In this document: one piece after another, positions 34,430 to 47,180 of the stretch
How positions within the stretch are numbered: position 1 is the stretch's first letter
Layout: each line of letters opens with the position of its first letter
Assembly: GCF_058153355.1 (NCBI RefSeq)
Contig: NZ_CM177019.1
DNA: 64,000 bases
Reading direction: 5' to 3' (one strand)
Program-made: the position numbers and the translations under genes
The notes under the pieces: generated by a model
What the model saw: only the letters and a program-made list of their open reading frames with translations
Databases searched by the model: none
What the model was told of the DNA's origin: nothing

Positions 34430-35314
34430 ATGAAAGTTGGTTTTATTGGCCTGGGGATTATGGGTAAACCAATGAGTAAAAACCTTCTGAAAGCAGGTTA
34501 CTCGCTGGTGGTTGCTGACCGTAACCCAGAAGCTATTGCTGACGTGATTGCTGCAGGTGCAGAAACAGCTTCTACGGCTAAAGCGATCGCTGAACAGTGC
34601 GACGTCATCATAACCATGCTGCCAAACTCCCCTCATGTGAAAGAGGTGGCGCTGGGTGAGAATGGCATTATTGAAGGCGCGAAGCCAGGTACGGTATTGA
34701 TCGATATGAGTTCTATTGCACCGCTGGCAAGCCGTGAAATAAGCGAAGCGCTGAAAGCGAAAGGCATTGATATGCTGGACGCCCCGGTGAGCGGCGGTGA
34801 ACCGAAAGCCATCGACGGTACGCTGTCAGTGATGGTGGGCGGCGACAAGGCTATTTTCGACAAATACTATGATTTGATGAAAGCGATGGCGGGTTCCGTG
34901 GTGCATACCGGGGAAATCGGTGCAGGTAACGTCACCAAACTGGCAAATCAGGTCATTGTGGCGCTGAATATTGCCGCGATGTCAGAAGCGTTAACGCTGG
35001 CAACCAAAGCGGGCGTTAACCCGGATCTGGTGTATCAGGCAATTCGCGGTGGACTGGCGGGCAGTACCGTGCTGGATGCCAAAGCGCCGATGGTGATGGA
35101 CCGCAACTTCAAGCCGGGCTTCCGTATTGATCTGCATATTAAGGATCTGGCAAATGCGCTGGATACTTCCCACGGCGTCGGCGCGCAACTGCCGCTCACA
35201 GCTGCGGTTATGGAGATGATGCAGGCACTGCGTGCCGATGGTTTAGGAACGGCGGATCATAGCGCCCTGGCGTGCTACTACGAAAAACTGGCGAAAGTCG
35301 AAGTTACTCGCTAA
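34430..35314 (+). CDS. garR: Tartronate semialdehyde reductase GarR
   Basis: ORF 34415-35314; start at MKVGFIGLGIMG. Confidence 0.88.
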   Translation: MKVGFIGLGIMGKPMSKNLLKAGYSLVVADRNPEAIADVIAAGAETASTAKAIAEQCDVIITMLPNSPHVKEVALGENGIIEGAKPGTVLIDMSSIAPLASREISEALKAKGIDMLDAPVSGGEPKAIDGTLSVMVGGDKAIFDKYYDLMKAMAGSVVHTGEIGAGNVTKLANQVIVALNIAAMSEALTLATKAGVNPDLVYQAIRGGLAGSTVLDAKAPMVMDRNFKPGFRIDLHIKDLANALDTSHGVGAQLPLTAAVMEMMQALRADGLGTADHSALACYYEKLAKVEVTR

Positions 35315-35410
35315 TGACGTCGTGCCCGGATGGCGTATTGCAATCCGGGCCTGGAATCCAGGCCGAATAAGAGAAACGCCCTCCGGCGTCATGTGGTAAC
35401 AGGCATAGGT

Positions 35411-36556
35411 ATGAAAATCGTAATCGCCCCAGACTCTTATAAAGAAAGTTTATCTGCCAGCGAGGTTGCGCAGGCGATAGAAAAAGGATTTCGGGAAATT
35501 TTTCCTGATGCACAGTATGTTTCCGTTCCGGTTGCCGACGGTGGTGAAGGAACGGTGGAAGCCATGATTGCAGCCACCCAGGGGGCTGAACGTCACGCCT
35601 GGGTTACAGGGCCGCTGGGCGAGAAAGTGAATGCCAGTTGGGGGATCTCCGGCGATGGCAAAACCGCGTTTATCGAAATGGCGGCGGCCAGTGGGCTGGA
35701 ACTGGTACCTGCGGAAAAACGCGATCCACTTGTGACCACTTCACGCGGTACTGGCGAGTTAATCCTGCAGGCGCTGGAGAGCGGCGCGACAAACATTATT
35801 ATCGGCATTGGCGGCAGCGCCACCAACGACGGCGGCGCAGGCATGGTGCAGGCGCTGGGGGCGAAATTATGCGATGCCAACGGCAATGAAATTGGTTTTG
35901 GCGGCGGTAGCCTTAATACTCTGAATGATATTGATATTTCCGGCCTCGATCCGCGCTTAAAAGATTGTGCTATTCGCGTCGCTTGTGATGTCACCAATCC
36001 GCTGGTGGGCGATAACGGCGCATCGCGCATCTTTGGCCCACAAAAGGGAGCCAGTGAAGCGATGATTGTCGAGCTGGACAATAACCTCTCTCACTATGCC
36101 GATGTCATTAAAAAAGCGCTGCATGTTGATGTGAAAGATGTCCCCGGCGCAGGAGCTGCGGGCGGTATGGGCGCGGCGCTGATGGCGTTTCTTGGTGCGG
36201 AACTGAAAAGTGGTATTGAAATCGTCACGACGGCGCTGAATCTGGAGGAACATATTCACGATTGTACGCTGGTGATCACCGGTGAAGGGCGTATTGACAG
36301 CCAGAGTATACACGGCAAGGTTCCGATTGGCGTCGCAAACGTGGCGAAAAAGTACCATAAACCGGTGATTGGCATTGCGGGTAGCCTGACCAATGATGTT
36401 GGCGTTGTACATCAGCATGGCATTGATGCGGTCTTCAGCGTATTGACCAGTATTGGTACGTTGGACGAAGCATTCCGCGGGGCTTATGACAATATTTACC
36501 GTGCTTCACGTAATATCGCCGCGACACTGGCGATTGGAATGCGCAACGCGGGGTGA
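35411..36556 (+). CDS. garK: Glycerate 2-kinase GarK
   Basis: ORF 35330-36556; start at MKIVIAPDSYKESL. Confidence 0.88.
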   Translation: MKIVIAPDSYKESLSASEVAQAIEKGFREIFPDAQYVSVPVADGGEGTVEAMIAATQGAERHAWVTGPLGEKVNASWGISGDGKTAFIEMAAASGLELVPAEKRDPLVTTSRGTGELILQALESGATNIIIGIGGSATNDGGAGMVQALGAKLCDANGNEIGFGGGSLNTLNDIDISGLDPRLKDCAIRVACDVTNPLVGDNGASRIFGPQKGASEAMIVELDNNLSHYADVIKKALHVDVKDVPGAGAAGGMGAALMAFLGAELKSGIEIVTTALNLEEHIHDCTLVITGEGRIDSQSIHGKVPIGVANVAKKYHKPVIGIAGSLTNDVGVVHQHGIDAVFSVLTSIGTLDEAFRGAYDNIYRASRNIAATLAIGMRNAG

Positions 36557-36588
36557 CAAGGGCGCGCAAACCCTCTATACTGCGCGCC

Positions 36589-36965
<377 letters not shown>

Positions 36966-36974
36966 ATTTTAACG

Positions 36975-37010
36975 AAAACCCGCCAGCGTAAACTGGCGGG
37001 TTTTTGCTTT
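36975..37010 (+). terminator. Rho-independent terminator of rnpB
   Basis: cccgccagcgtaaactggcggg hairpin followed by TTTTTGCTTTT. Confidence 0.85.
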
Positions 37011-37029
37011 TGAGAAGGGTGGTCGGAAA

Positions 37030-37125
37030 GATGAACGTCTTATCTGGCCTACAAAACAACGAAAATTCAATATATTGCACAGAGGCAATGTAGGCCTGAT
37101 AAGCGTAGCGCCTCAGGCAATTTTG
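37030..37125. repeat. REP elements
   Basis: cttatctggcctac ... gtaggcctgataagcg palindromic units. Confidence 0.75.
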
Positions 37126-37237
37126 TGTTTATCATCAGTCTCGGATCTGCTTCGGCAAGCTTTTACTTTTGGTGCAGACGGAAAGATGAACGAATATCTA
37201 AGCTATTAATAATAGACTTTGCAAGAAATCATTACAT

Positions 37238-38407
37238 TTATATTTCATTTAAAAGATCGTAATCATACGTATATTCTTTGCTAATAAAACGACACTCGTT
37301 GAAGCTAAATTCATCGTCTGAAAAGGAATTGTCAACAGAATCTCTCTCTTCCTCCAGGCTATTATCTGAAAGCAAGTCGTTTGAGTTAGTATAATCCAGG
37401 TTGTAATCGACAGTATAATTAATTTCTGGATCGGTTTGGTAATCATTTTTTTTGACGCAATCATATTCTTCAATAATTTTGTCGATATAATCATATGCTT
37501 TTTCTAATGAGAAGTTTTTCATCTCTGGTAATTTAACTTTGCTCAAATAATTATTAATTTTTGAGGGGTTTTTATATATGCTTTTTGTTAATTCTTTTTC
37601 TAATTTGTCTGTTATATTTGCTGTTGGTATGGATTTTATAATCGCATATCTCATGATTTTTAATTGATCTTCGGTTAAATCTCCAAGCTCATTTAAACAA
37701 CTTTCGACAAAGTTGATTTTTTCTCTGGAATAATCATCGCTGATACTTGTTAACGCTGGGGTGATTTTTAATAAAGAATTCCATGAGATAGTACCATTGT
37801 GTGTCGAACGCATAAAATTTATATTGTACATATTGGTTTTAGTAAACTTTGTTGCAAACAATGTAAAGGGATCTAAAGTCGCGTAAGCCATATGTTTATT
37901 TGAAAAATCATAACCAGTTAAATCGACGTTATGCAAGTCCAGATAGGATAAATCTATTACGTCGCCTGCTCCAGAGCTAAAGATTACATTTAGTCTTCTG
38001 ATTTCATTATGAATTTCCTTTAATGAACAATTTATGTTCATGATGTCTGTTGAAATTTTTTTGTTATTTAACGGTTCACAAATTATAAGTTCGCAAGTAT
38101 TGTCTGATCGTTGCGTTATTTGGGCATTATAACCTAAAAAGTCTATGCGAAGAGACGAGTCATTATAAAGTATTACATTTTTTAAGTATGCTAATTCTTG
38201 TTGAAAATCACCATCGATAATACATGTCCCACCAGGTTGCAACGCGCTGATTAACGTGACCATTTGTTTAGAAGTCTGTATTAGTTTTACTACACCTGGT
38301 GCTAGTGCTTTGAGGTCATTTATTATGGGGTTTTCAGGAAGGTCATTCATTTTTATACATACTAAATTATTACCTAAGTCATTACCTATTGATGAAACCG
38401 GGAACAT
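37238..38407 (-). CDS. yhaC: Uncharacterized protein YhaC (AT-rich; repeat-containing)
   Basis: 389 aa, N/D/Y-rich acidic C-terminus; low-GC gene. Confidence 0.75.
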   Translation of the reverse strand: MFPVSSIGNDLGNNLVCIKMNDLPENPIINDLKALAPGVVKLIQTSKQMVTLISALQPGGTCIIDGDFQQELAYLKNVILYNDSSLRIDFLGYNAQITQRSDNTCELIICEPLNNKKISTDIMNINCSLKEIHNEIRRLNVIFSSGAGDVIDLSYLDLHNVDLTGYDFSNKHMAYATLDPFTLFATKFTKTNMYNINFMRSTHNGTISWNSLLKITPALTSISDDYSREKINFVESCLNELGDLTEDQLKIMRYAIIKSIPTANITDKLEKELTKSIYKNPSKINNYLSKVKLPEMKNFSLEKAYDYIDKIIEEYDCVKKNDYQTDPEINYTVDYNLDYTNSNDLLSDNSLEEERDSVDNSFSDDEFSFNECRFISKEYTYDYDLLNEI

Positions 38408-38428
38408 TATTTTATCCTTTTTAAATAA

Positions 38429-38998
38429 TCAATGAGAATCATGATTAAAATGATCTGGTGAAAAAAAGAGAATTTGCCAACAATCTGAAACATTGTCAGT
38501 TTTATTAAAATGATTAAATTCCGTTAAGATAACTTCTTTTTGCGTGAACTTTGCGCAAAACTTAAAAATTGTCTCCTTGATACACTCCAGATCTTTTCTA
38601 TTGATGGCTGAACAAGTACATTTTTCGCCAAAAGGTGAAAATGTGCCTACATCTAAAGTTTGTATTATATAATCATCATTTACTCCTGTAGAAATATCTA
38701 TGATGAATGGACTTCTATTTTCCGGTTGGATTCGGATCATTACAGAAGAAACATCACCTTTATAGACATTCAATGCAGTAATCGCAGATAATATTCTCCG
38801 CAATTCATTGCTTATGCTGTAAATTTCATTAACGTCATTTGTCGATATAATCTCGGCAAATTTTATTTTTACCTTCCAATAATCAATGTTTCTATTATAA
38901 GTGTTAACAGTTTCGTACATTGGTGGTATCGAAGGGGGTAAAAAATGTGAAACCGAATAACCTTTCATTGATGCCTGCCTTGTCATCATGACAAACAA
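38429..38998 (-). CDS. yhaB: Uncharacterized protein YhaB
   Basis: 189 aa ORF directly downstream of yhaC, AT-rich; start uncertain. Confidence 0.65.
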   Translation of the reverse strand: MFVMMTRQASMKGYSVSHFLPPSIPPMYETVNTYNRNIDYWKVKIKFAEIISTNDVNEIYSISNELRRILSAITALNVYKGDVSSVMIRIQPENRSPFIIDISTGVNDDYIIQTLDVGTFSPFGEKCTCSAINRKDLECIKETIFKFCAKFTQKEVILTEFNHFNKTDNVSDCWQILFFSPDHFNHDSH

Positions 38999-39206
38999 TA
39001 ATCAATGCTTATTTTCCTTGCACGGTTCGCTCACAACTATCAAAAAACGCTCAATTACCCGGCATTACAGTCAACGAAGCAAAATTCTGTGGTCTACAAC
39101 GATGTAAAGCACAACGAAAATCCTCCTTGTTCTCTTATTCTGATCGTATAGCGATGAACATCAATTATTCGTTTTGTGATCATCAACACAAAATGCTATT
39201 TAGTAA

Positions 39207-39581
39207 CTATGGTGACAGTAGAAACGAGGGGAAACGATTGCATTCACAAAATGACGTCCTGTAAGAAGGGTGAAAGTTGATGTTAATCAATTGTTCGAGA
39301 TGATCAATATCTGTATTCGAAATTTTAAAACATTGATAAAATAAATGTTTGCCCTCCAACAAATAGCGAGAAAAAATGTGACGTGCCGCATTATTTATCG
39401 CTGAAAATGATTTATTTATAATAAAATTTGATAACTTGCTCATAAAATTTAACTCAAAATTTGCCTGGTAATTATCCGCTAATTGCTTGAAATATGGTCG
39501 CAGCTGCTTTTTTTTATTAACCACATAACGAATGATGTTATCGCCATAAAATATGGTTATCCCTGTCATTTTTTTTGACAA
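39207..39581 (-). CDS. tdcR: Putative tdc operon regulator TdcR (start uncertain)
   Basis: AT-rich ORF divergent from tdcA, position as recalled for tdcR. Confidence 0.5.
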   Translation of the reverse strand: MSKKMTGITIFYGDNIIRYVVNKKKQLRPYFKQLADNYQANFELNFMSKLSNFIINKSFSAINNAARHIFSRYLLEGKHLFYQCFKISNTDIDHLEQLININFHPSYRTSFCECNRFPSFLLSP

Positions 39582-39757
39582 AAATCAGGGTTTATGCTGA
39601 TTTATATACTTTAACTTATTGATATATAAGAATATTTAATTGATACAGTGATGTCCAAAAAAGTATTGAAAGTTAATTTGTGAGTGGTCGCACATATCCT
39701 GTTCATTTCATTTTGATACACTTCATGCCGCCAATGAGGTTATTAACGTAGGTAGTT

Positions 39758-40696
39758 ATGAGCACTATTCTTCTTCCGAAAACGCAGCATCTGGTAGTCT
39801 TTCAGGAAGTCATTAGAAGTGGCTCTATCGGCTCGGCTGCAAAAGAATTAGGGTTAACTCAACCCGCCGTCAGTAAAATCATTAACGATATTGAAGACTA
39901 TTTTGGTGTGGAATTAGTGGTGCGGAAAAATACCGGTGTAACATTAACACCTGCCGGTCAATTGTTACTTTCCCGTTCCGAATCCATTACCCGTGAAATG
40001 AAAAATATGGTTAATGAGATAAGCGGTATGTCTTCTGAGGCGGTGGTGGAAGTCTCATTCGGTTTTCCTTCATTGATTGGTTTTACTTTTATGTCCGGGA
40101 TGATCAACAAGTTCAAAGAGGTGTTCCCGAAAGCGCAGGTTTCTATGTATGAAGCGCAACTGTCTTCGTTCTTACCGGCAATCCGTGACGGTCGCCTGGA
40201 TTTTGCGATTGGTACGTTAAGCGCAGAAATGAAGCTTCAGGATTTACATGTTGAGCCGCTGTTCGAGTCCGAGTTTGTGTTGGTAGCCAGTAAGTCCCGA
40301 ACATGCACCGGCACCACCACGCTGGAGTCGTTGAAGAACGAACAGTGGGTGTTGCCACAAACCAATATGGGGTACTACAGCGAGCTGCTCACCACGTTAC
40401 AAAGAAATGGCATCAGTATTGAAAACATCGTTAAAACCGACTCAGTCGTGACAATTTATAATCTTGTTCTCAATGCTGATTTCTTAACTGTAATTCCTTG
40501 TGATATGACTTCACCTTTTGGTTCTAATCAATTTATTACTATTCCGGTTGAAGAAACATTACCTGTGGCACAATATGCCGCGGTATGGTCGAAAAATTAT
40601 CGTATTAAAAAAGCAGCATCGGTTTTGGTGGAATTAGCCAAAGAGTATTCATCTTATAATGGGTGTAGACGAAGGCAATTAATTGAAGTTGGTTAG
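39758..40696 (+). CDS. tdcA: LysR-family activator TdcA
   Basis: 312 aa LysR-type regulator. Confidence 0.9.
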   Translation: MSTILLPKTQHLVVFQEVIRSGSIGSAAKELGLTQPAVSKIINDIEDYFGVELVVRKNTGVTLTPAGQLLLSRSESITREMKNMVNEISGMSSEAVVEVSFGFPSLIGFTFMSGMINKFKEVFPKAQVSMYEAQLSSFLPAIRDGRLDFAIGTLSAEMKLQDLHVEPLFESEFVLVASKSRTCTGTTTLESLKNEQWVLPQTNMGYYSELLTTLQRNGISIENIVKTDSVVTIYNLVLNADFLTVIPCDMTSPFGSNQFITIPVEETLPVAQYAAVWSKNYRIKKAASVLVELAKEYSSYNGCRRRQLIEVG

Positions 40697-40794
40697 TTAT
40701 TTGTTTTTATTTAAACATAAATAATCCACCTGTCTGTTTTGCAGGTGTCGGTTACGGTTACCTACATATTTAATTCAGGCTAAGAGGTTTTATA

Positions 40795-41784
40795 ATGCAT
40801 ATTACATACGATCTCCCGGTTGCTATTGATGACATCATTGAAGCAAAACAACGACTGGCTGGGCGAATTTATAAAACAGGCATGCCTCGCTCCAACTATT
40901 TTAGTGAACGTTGCAAAGGTGAAATATTCCTCAAATTCGAAAACATGCAGCGTACCGGTTCATTTAAAATTCGTGGCGCATTTAATAAATTAAGTTCACT
41001 GACCGATGCGGAAAAACGTAAAGGTGTAGTGGCCTGCTCTGCGGGCAACCATGCGCAAGGGGTTTCGCTCTCCTGCGCGATGCTGGGTATCGACGGTAAA
41101 GTGGTGATGCCAAAAGGCGCGCCGAAATCCAAAGTAGCGGCAACGTGCGACTACTCCGCTGAAGTTGTTTTGCATGGTGATAACTTCAACGACACTATCG
41201 CTAAAGTGAGCGAAATTGTCGAAATGGAAGGCCGTATTTTTATCCCACCTTATGATGATCCGAAAGTGATTGCCGGTCAGGGAACGATTGGTCTGGAAAT
41301 TATGGAAGATCTCTATGATGTCGATAACGTGATTGTGCCAATTGGCGGTGGCGGTTTAATTGCTGGTATTGCGGTAGCGATTAAATCAATTAACCCGACT
41401 ATTCGTGTTATTGGTGTACAGTCAGAAAACGTTCACGGCATGGCGGCTTCTTTCCACTCCGGAGAAATAACCACGCACCGAACTACCGGCACCCTGGCGG
41501 ATGGTTGTGATGTCGCCCGCCCGGGTAATTTAACTTACGAAATCGTTCGTGAATTAGTCGATGACATCGTGCTGGTCAGCGAAGACGAAATCAGAAACAG
41601 TATGATTGCCTTAATTCAGCGCAATAAAGTCGTCACCGAAGGCGCAGGCGCTCTGGCATGTGCTGCATTATTAAGCGGTAAATTAGACCAATATATTCAA
41701 AACAGAAAAACCGTCAGTATTATTTCCGGCGGCAATATCGATCTTTCTCGCGTCTCTCAAATCACCGGTTTCGTTGACGCTTAA
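40795..41784 (+). CDS. tdcB: Catabolic threonine dehydratase TdcB
   Basis: 329 aa PLP enzyme (SFKIRGA). Confidence 0.92.
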   Translation: MHITYDLPVAIDDIIEAKQRLAGRIYKTGMPRSNYFSERCKGEIFLKFENMQRTGSFKIRGAFNKLSSLTDAEKRKGVVACSAGNHAQGVSLSCAMLGIDGKVVMPKGAPKSKVAATCDYSAEVVLHGDNFNDTIAKVSEIVEMEGRIFIPPYDDPKVIAGQGTIGLEIMEDLYDVDNVIVPIGGGGLIAGIAVAIKSINPTIRVIGVQSENVHGMAASFHSGEITTHRTTGTLADGCDVARPGNLTYEIVRELVDDIVLVSEDEIRNSMIALIQRNKVVTEGAGALACAALLSGKLDQYIQNRKTVSIISGGNIDLSRVSQITGFVDA

Positions 41785-41802
41785 TTAATTCGTTGAGGAT
41801 AG

Positions 41803-43137
<1,335 letters not shown>

Positions 43138-43162
43138 TCCGTAACTCAGGATGAGAAAAGAG

Positions 43163-44371
43163 ATGAATGAATTTCCGGTTGTTTTGGTTATTAACTGTGG
43201 TTCGTCTTCGATTAAGTTTTCCGTGCTCGATGCCAGCGACTGTGAAGTATTAATGTCAGGTATTGCCGACGGTATTAACTCGGAAAATGCATTCTTATCC
43301 GTAAATGGGGGAGAGCCAGCACCGCTGGCTCACCACAGCTACGAAGGTGCATTGAAGGCAATTGCATTTGAACTGGAAAAACGGAATTTAAATGACAGCG
43401 TGGCCTTAATTGGCCACCGCATCGCTCACGGCGGCAGTATTTTTACCGAGTCCGCCATTATTACCGATGAAGTCATTGATAATATCCGTCGCGTTTCTCC
43501 ACTGGCACCCCTGCATAATTACGCCAATTTAAGTGGTATTGAATCGGCGCAGCAATTATTCCCGGGCGTAACTCAGGTGGCGGTATTTGATACCAGTTTC
43601 CACCAGACGATGGCTCCGGAAGCTTATTTATACGGCCTGCCGTGGAAATATTATGAAGAGTTAGGTGTACGCCGTTATGGTTTCCACGGCACGTCGCACC
43701 GCTACGTTTCCCAGCGCGCGCATTCTTTGCTGAATCTGGCGGAAGATGACTCCGGCCTGGTCGTGGCGCATCTTGGCAATGGCGCGTCAATCTGCGCAGT
43801 TAGCAACGGTCAGAGTGTTGACACCTCAATGGGAATGACGCCGCTGGAAGGTTTGATGATGGGTACCCGCAGTGGCGATGTCGACTTTGGGGCGATGTCT
43901 TGGGTCGCCAGTCAAACCAACCAGAGCCTGAGTGACCTGGAACGCGTAGTGAATAAAGAGTCGGGATTATTAGGTATTTCCGGTCTTTCTTCGGATTTAC
44001 GTGTTCTGGAAAAAGCGTGGCATGAAGGACACGAACGCGCGCAACTGGCAATTAAAACCTTTGTTCACCGAATTGCCCGTCATATTGCCGGACACGCAGC
44101 CTCATTACGTCGCCTGGATGGAATTATATTCACCGGCGGAATAGGAGAGAACTCAAGTTTAATTCGTCGTTTGGTCATGGAGCATTTGGCTGTATTAGGC
44201 GTAGAGATTGATACAGAAATGAATAACCGCTCTAACTCCTTTGGTGAGCGAATTGTTTCTAGTGAAAATGCGCGTGTCATTTGCGCCGTTATTCCGACTA
44301 ACGAAGAAAAAATGATTGCTTTGGATGCCATTCATTTAGGCAAAGTTAACGCGCCCGCAGAATTTGCATAA
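43163..44371 (+). CDS. tdcD: Propionate/acetate kinase TdcD
   Basis: ORF 43151-44371; start at [21 protein letters not shown]. Confidence 0.9.
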   Translation: MNEFPVVLVINCGSSSIKFSVLDASDCEVLMSGIADGINSENAFLSVNGGEPAPLAHHSYEGALKAIAFELEKRNLNDSVALIGHRIAHGGSIFTESAIITDEVIDNIRRVSPLAPLHNYANLSGIESAQQLFPGVTQVAVFDTSFHQTMAPEAYLYGLPWKYYEELGVRRYGFHGTSHRYVSQRAHSLLNLAEDDSGLVVAHLGNGASICAVSNGQSVDTSMGMTPLEGLMMGTRSGDVDFGAMSWVASQTNQSLSDLERVVNKESGLLGISGLSSDLRVLEKAWHEGHERAQLAIKTFVHRIARHIAGHAASLRRLDGIIFTGGIGENSSLIRRLVMEHLAVLGVEIDTEMNNRSNSFGERIVSSENARVICAVIPTNEEKMIALDAIHLGKVNAPAEFA

Positions 44372-44404
44372 TTTAGTTGAAGTATTGTAGAGAGATTATT
44401 TTTC

Positions 44405-46699
44405 ATGAAGGTAGATATTGATACCAGCGATAAGCTGTACGCCGACGCATGGCTTGGCTTTAAAGGTACGGACTGGAAAAACGAAATTAATGTCCGCGAT
44501 TTTATTCAACATAACTATACACCGTATGAAGGCGATGAATCTTTTCTCGCCGAAGCAACGCCAGCCACCACGGAATTGTGGGAAAAAGTAATGGAAGGCA
44601 TCCGTATCGAAAACGCGACTCACGCGCCATTGGATTTCGATACTAATATTGCCACCACCATTACCGCTCATGATGCGGGATATATTAACCAGCCGCTGGA
44701 AAAAATTGTTGGCCTGCAAACGGATGCACCATTAAAGCGCGCGCTGCATCCGTTCGGCGGTATTAATATGATTAAAAGTTCATTCCACGCATATGGCCGT
44801 GAAATGGACAGTGAATTTGAGTACATCTTTACCGATCTGCGTAAAACCCATAATCAGGGCGTATTTGATGCGTACTCACCGGATATGCTGCGCTGCCGTA
44901 AATCGGGTGTACTGACTGGTTTGCCAGACGGTTATGGTCGTGGGCGTATTATCGGTGACTACCGCCGCGTGGCGCTTTACGGCATCAGTTATCTGGTACG
45001 TGAACGCGAACTGCAATTTGCCGATCTCCAGTCTCGTCTGGAAAAAGGCGAAGATCTCGAAGCCACTATCCGTCTGCGTGAGGAGCTGGCGGAACATCGT
45101 CGTGCGCTGTTGCAGATTCAGGAAATGGCGGCGAAATACGGTTTTGATATCTCCCGTCCGGCGCAGAATGCGCAGGAAGCGGTGCAGTGGCTCTACTTCG
45201 CTTACCTGGCGGCAGTGAAATCGCAAAATGGCGGCGCGATGTCGCTGGGTCGCACGGCATCGTTCCTCGATATCTACATTGAGCGCGACTTTAAAGCTGG
45301 CGTGCTCAATGAGCAGCAGGCACAAGAACTGATCGACCACTTCATTATGAAGATCCGTATGGTGCGCTTCCTGCGTACGCCGGAATTTGATTCGCTGTTC
45401 TCTGGCGACCCGATCTGGGCGACGGAAGTGATCGGTGGGATGGGGCTGGACGGTCGTACGCTGGTGACCAAAAACTCTTTCCGTTATCTGCACACCCTGC
45501 ACACTATGGGGCCAGCACCGGAACCAAACCTGACCATTCTGTGGTCGGAAGAATTACCGATCGCCTTCAAAAAATATGCCGCGCAGGTGTCTATCGTCAC
45601 CTCTTCCTTGCAGTATGAAAACGACGATCTGATGCGTACTGACTTCAACAGCGACGATTACGCGATTGCCTGCTGCGTTAGCCCGATGGTGATTGGTAAG
45701 CAAATGCAGTTCTTTGGTGCACGCGCTAACCTGGCGAAAACGCTGCTCTACGCAATTAACGGCGGGGTGGACGAGAAGCTGAAGATTCAGGTCGGCCCAA
45801 AAACAGCACCGCTGATGGACGACGTGTTGGACTACGACAAAGTGATGGACAGCCTCGACCACTTTATGGACTGGCTGGCGGTGCAGTACATCAGCGCGCT
45901 GAACATCATCCACTACATGCACGACAAGTACAGCTACGAAGCCTCGCTGATGGCGCTGCATGATCGTGATGTCTATCGCACTATGGCGTGTGGCATCGCG
46001 GGCCTGTCAGTGGCGACGGACTCCCTGTCTGCCATCAAATATGCCCGCGTGAAACCAATCCGTGACGAAAACGGCCTGGCGGTGGATTTCGAAATCGACG
46101 GTGAATATCCGCAGTACGGCAACAATGATGAGCGTGTAGACAGTATTGCCTGCGACCTCGTTGAACGTTTTATGAAGAAAATTAAAGCGCTGCCGACCTA
46201 TCGCAACGCCGTCCCTACCCAGTCGATTCTGACTATCACTTCTAACGTGGTGTACGGGCAGAAAACCGGTAACACGCCGGACGGTCGTCGCGCCGGAACA
46301 CCGTTCGCACCGGGCGCTAACCCGATGCACGGTCGTGACCGTAAAGGTGCCGTGGCCTCGCTGACGTCGGTGGCGAAGCTGCCGTTCACTTACGCCAAAG
46401 ACGGTATCTCGTACACCTTCTCAATTGTCCCGGCGGCGTTGGGCAAAGAAGATCCAGTACGTAAAACCAACCTTGTCGGCCTGCTGGATGGGTATTTCCA
46501 CCACGAAGCGGATGTCGAAGGCGGTCAACACCTCAACGTCAACGTAATGAATCGGGAAATGCTGCTGGATGCCATCGAACACCCGGAAAAATATCCTAAC
46601 CTGACAATCCGTGTCTCTGGCTACGCCGTGCGCTTCAACGCACTGACCCGTGAACAGCAACAAGATGTTATTTCACGTACTTTTACCCAGGCGCTCTGA
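44405..46699 (+). CDS. tdcE: 2-ketobutyrate/pyruvate formate-lyase TdcE
   Basis: 764 aa glycyl-radical enzyme (RVSGYAV). Confidence 0.92.
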   Translation: MKVDIDTSDKLYADAWLGFKGTDWKNEINVRDFIQHNYTPYEGDESFLAEATPATTELWEKVMEGIRIENATHAPLDFDTNIATTITAHDAGYINQPLEKIVGLQTDAPLKRALHPFGGINMIKSSFHAYGREMDSEFEYIFTDLRKTHNQGVFDAYSPDMLRCRKSGVLTGLPDGYGRGRIIGDYRRVALYGISYLVRERELQFADLQSRLEKGEDLEATIRLREELAEHRRALLQIQEMAAKYGFDISRPAQNAQEAVQWLYFAYLAAVKSQNGGAMSLGRTASFLDIYIERDFKAGVLNEQQAQELIDHFIMKIRMVRFLRTPEFDSLFSGDPIWATEVIGGMGLDGRTLVTKNSFRYLHTLHTMGPAPEPNLTILWSEELPIAFKKYAAQVSIVTSSLQYENDDLMRTDFNSDDYAIACCVSPMVIGKQMQFFGARANLAKTLLYAINGGVDEKLKIQVGPKTAPLMDDVLDYDKVMDSLDHFMDWLAVQYISALNIIHYMHDKYSYEASLMALHDRDVYRTMACGIAGLSVATDSLSAIKYARVKPIRDENGLAVDFEIDGEYPQYGNNDERVDSIACDLVERFMKKIKALPTYRNAVPTQSILTITSNVVYGQKTGNTPDGRRAGTPFAPGANPMHGRDRKGAVASLTSVAKLPFTYAKDGISYTFSIVPAALGKEDPVRKTNLVGLLDGYFHHEADVEGGQHLNVNVMNREMLLDAIEHPEKYPNLTIRVSGYAVRFNALTREQQQDVISRTFTQAL

Positions 46700-46712
46700 C
46701 GCCGGAGGATGT

Positions 46713-47102
46713 ATGAAAAAGATTATCGAAACGCAACGTGCCCCAGGCGCAATCGGCCCTTATGTTCAGGGTGTTGATTTAGGCAGCATGGTCTTCACCT
46801 CCGGGCAAATTCCGGTTTGCCCGCAGACAGGTGAGATCCCGGCTGATGTGCAAGATCAGGCGCGTTTAAGCCTCGAAAACGTCAAAGCGATCGTGGTTGC
46901 TGCCGGGCTGAGCGTGGGTGATATCATCAAGATGACCGTGTTCATCACCGATCTGAATGATTTTGCCACCATCAATGAAGTCTATAAGCAGTTCTTCGAT
47001 GAGCATCAGGCGACCTACCCGACCCGGAGCTGTGTGCAGGTCGCGCGTTTGCCGAAAGATGTGAAGCTGGAAATTGAAGCCATCGCAGTACGTAGTGCGT
47101 AA
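46713..47102 (+). CDS. tdcF: RidA-family enamine/imine deaminase TdcF
   Basis: ORF 46650-47102; start at MKKIIETQRAPGAIGPY. Confidence 0.9.
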   Translation: MKKIIETQRAPGAIGPYVQGVDLGSMVFTSGQIPVCPQTGEIPADVQDQARLSLENVKAIVVAAGLSVGDIIKMTVFITDLNDFATINEVYKQFFDEHQATYPTRSCVQVARLPKDVKLEIEAIAVRSA

Positions 47103-47180
47103 AGCCTAAAGCCTCGTGAGCGGGACGGTCGCAAGGTCGTTCCGCTCCACTTCACTGAACGGCAATCCGAGGGTGTGGAT

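Noticed and set aside
44876-45961. Minus-strand ORFs of 208 and 135 aa inside tdcE
   Set aside because: Antisense to the well-supported glycyl-radical enzyme frame.
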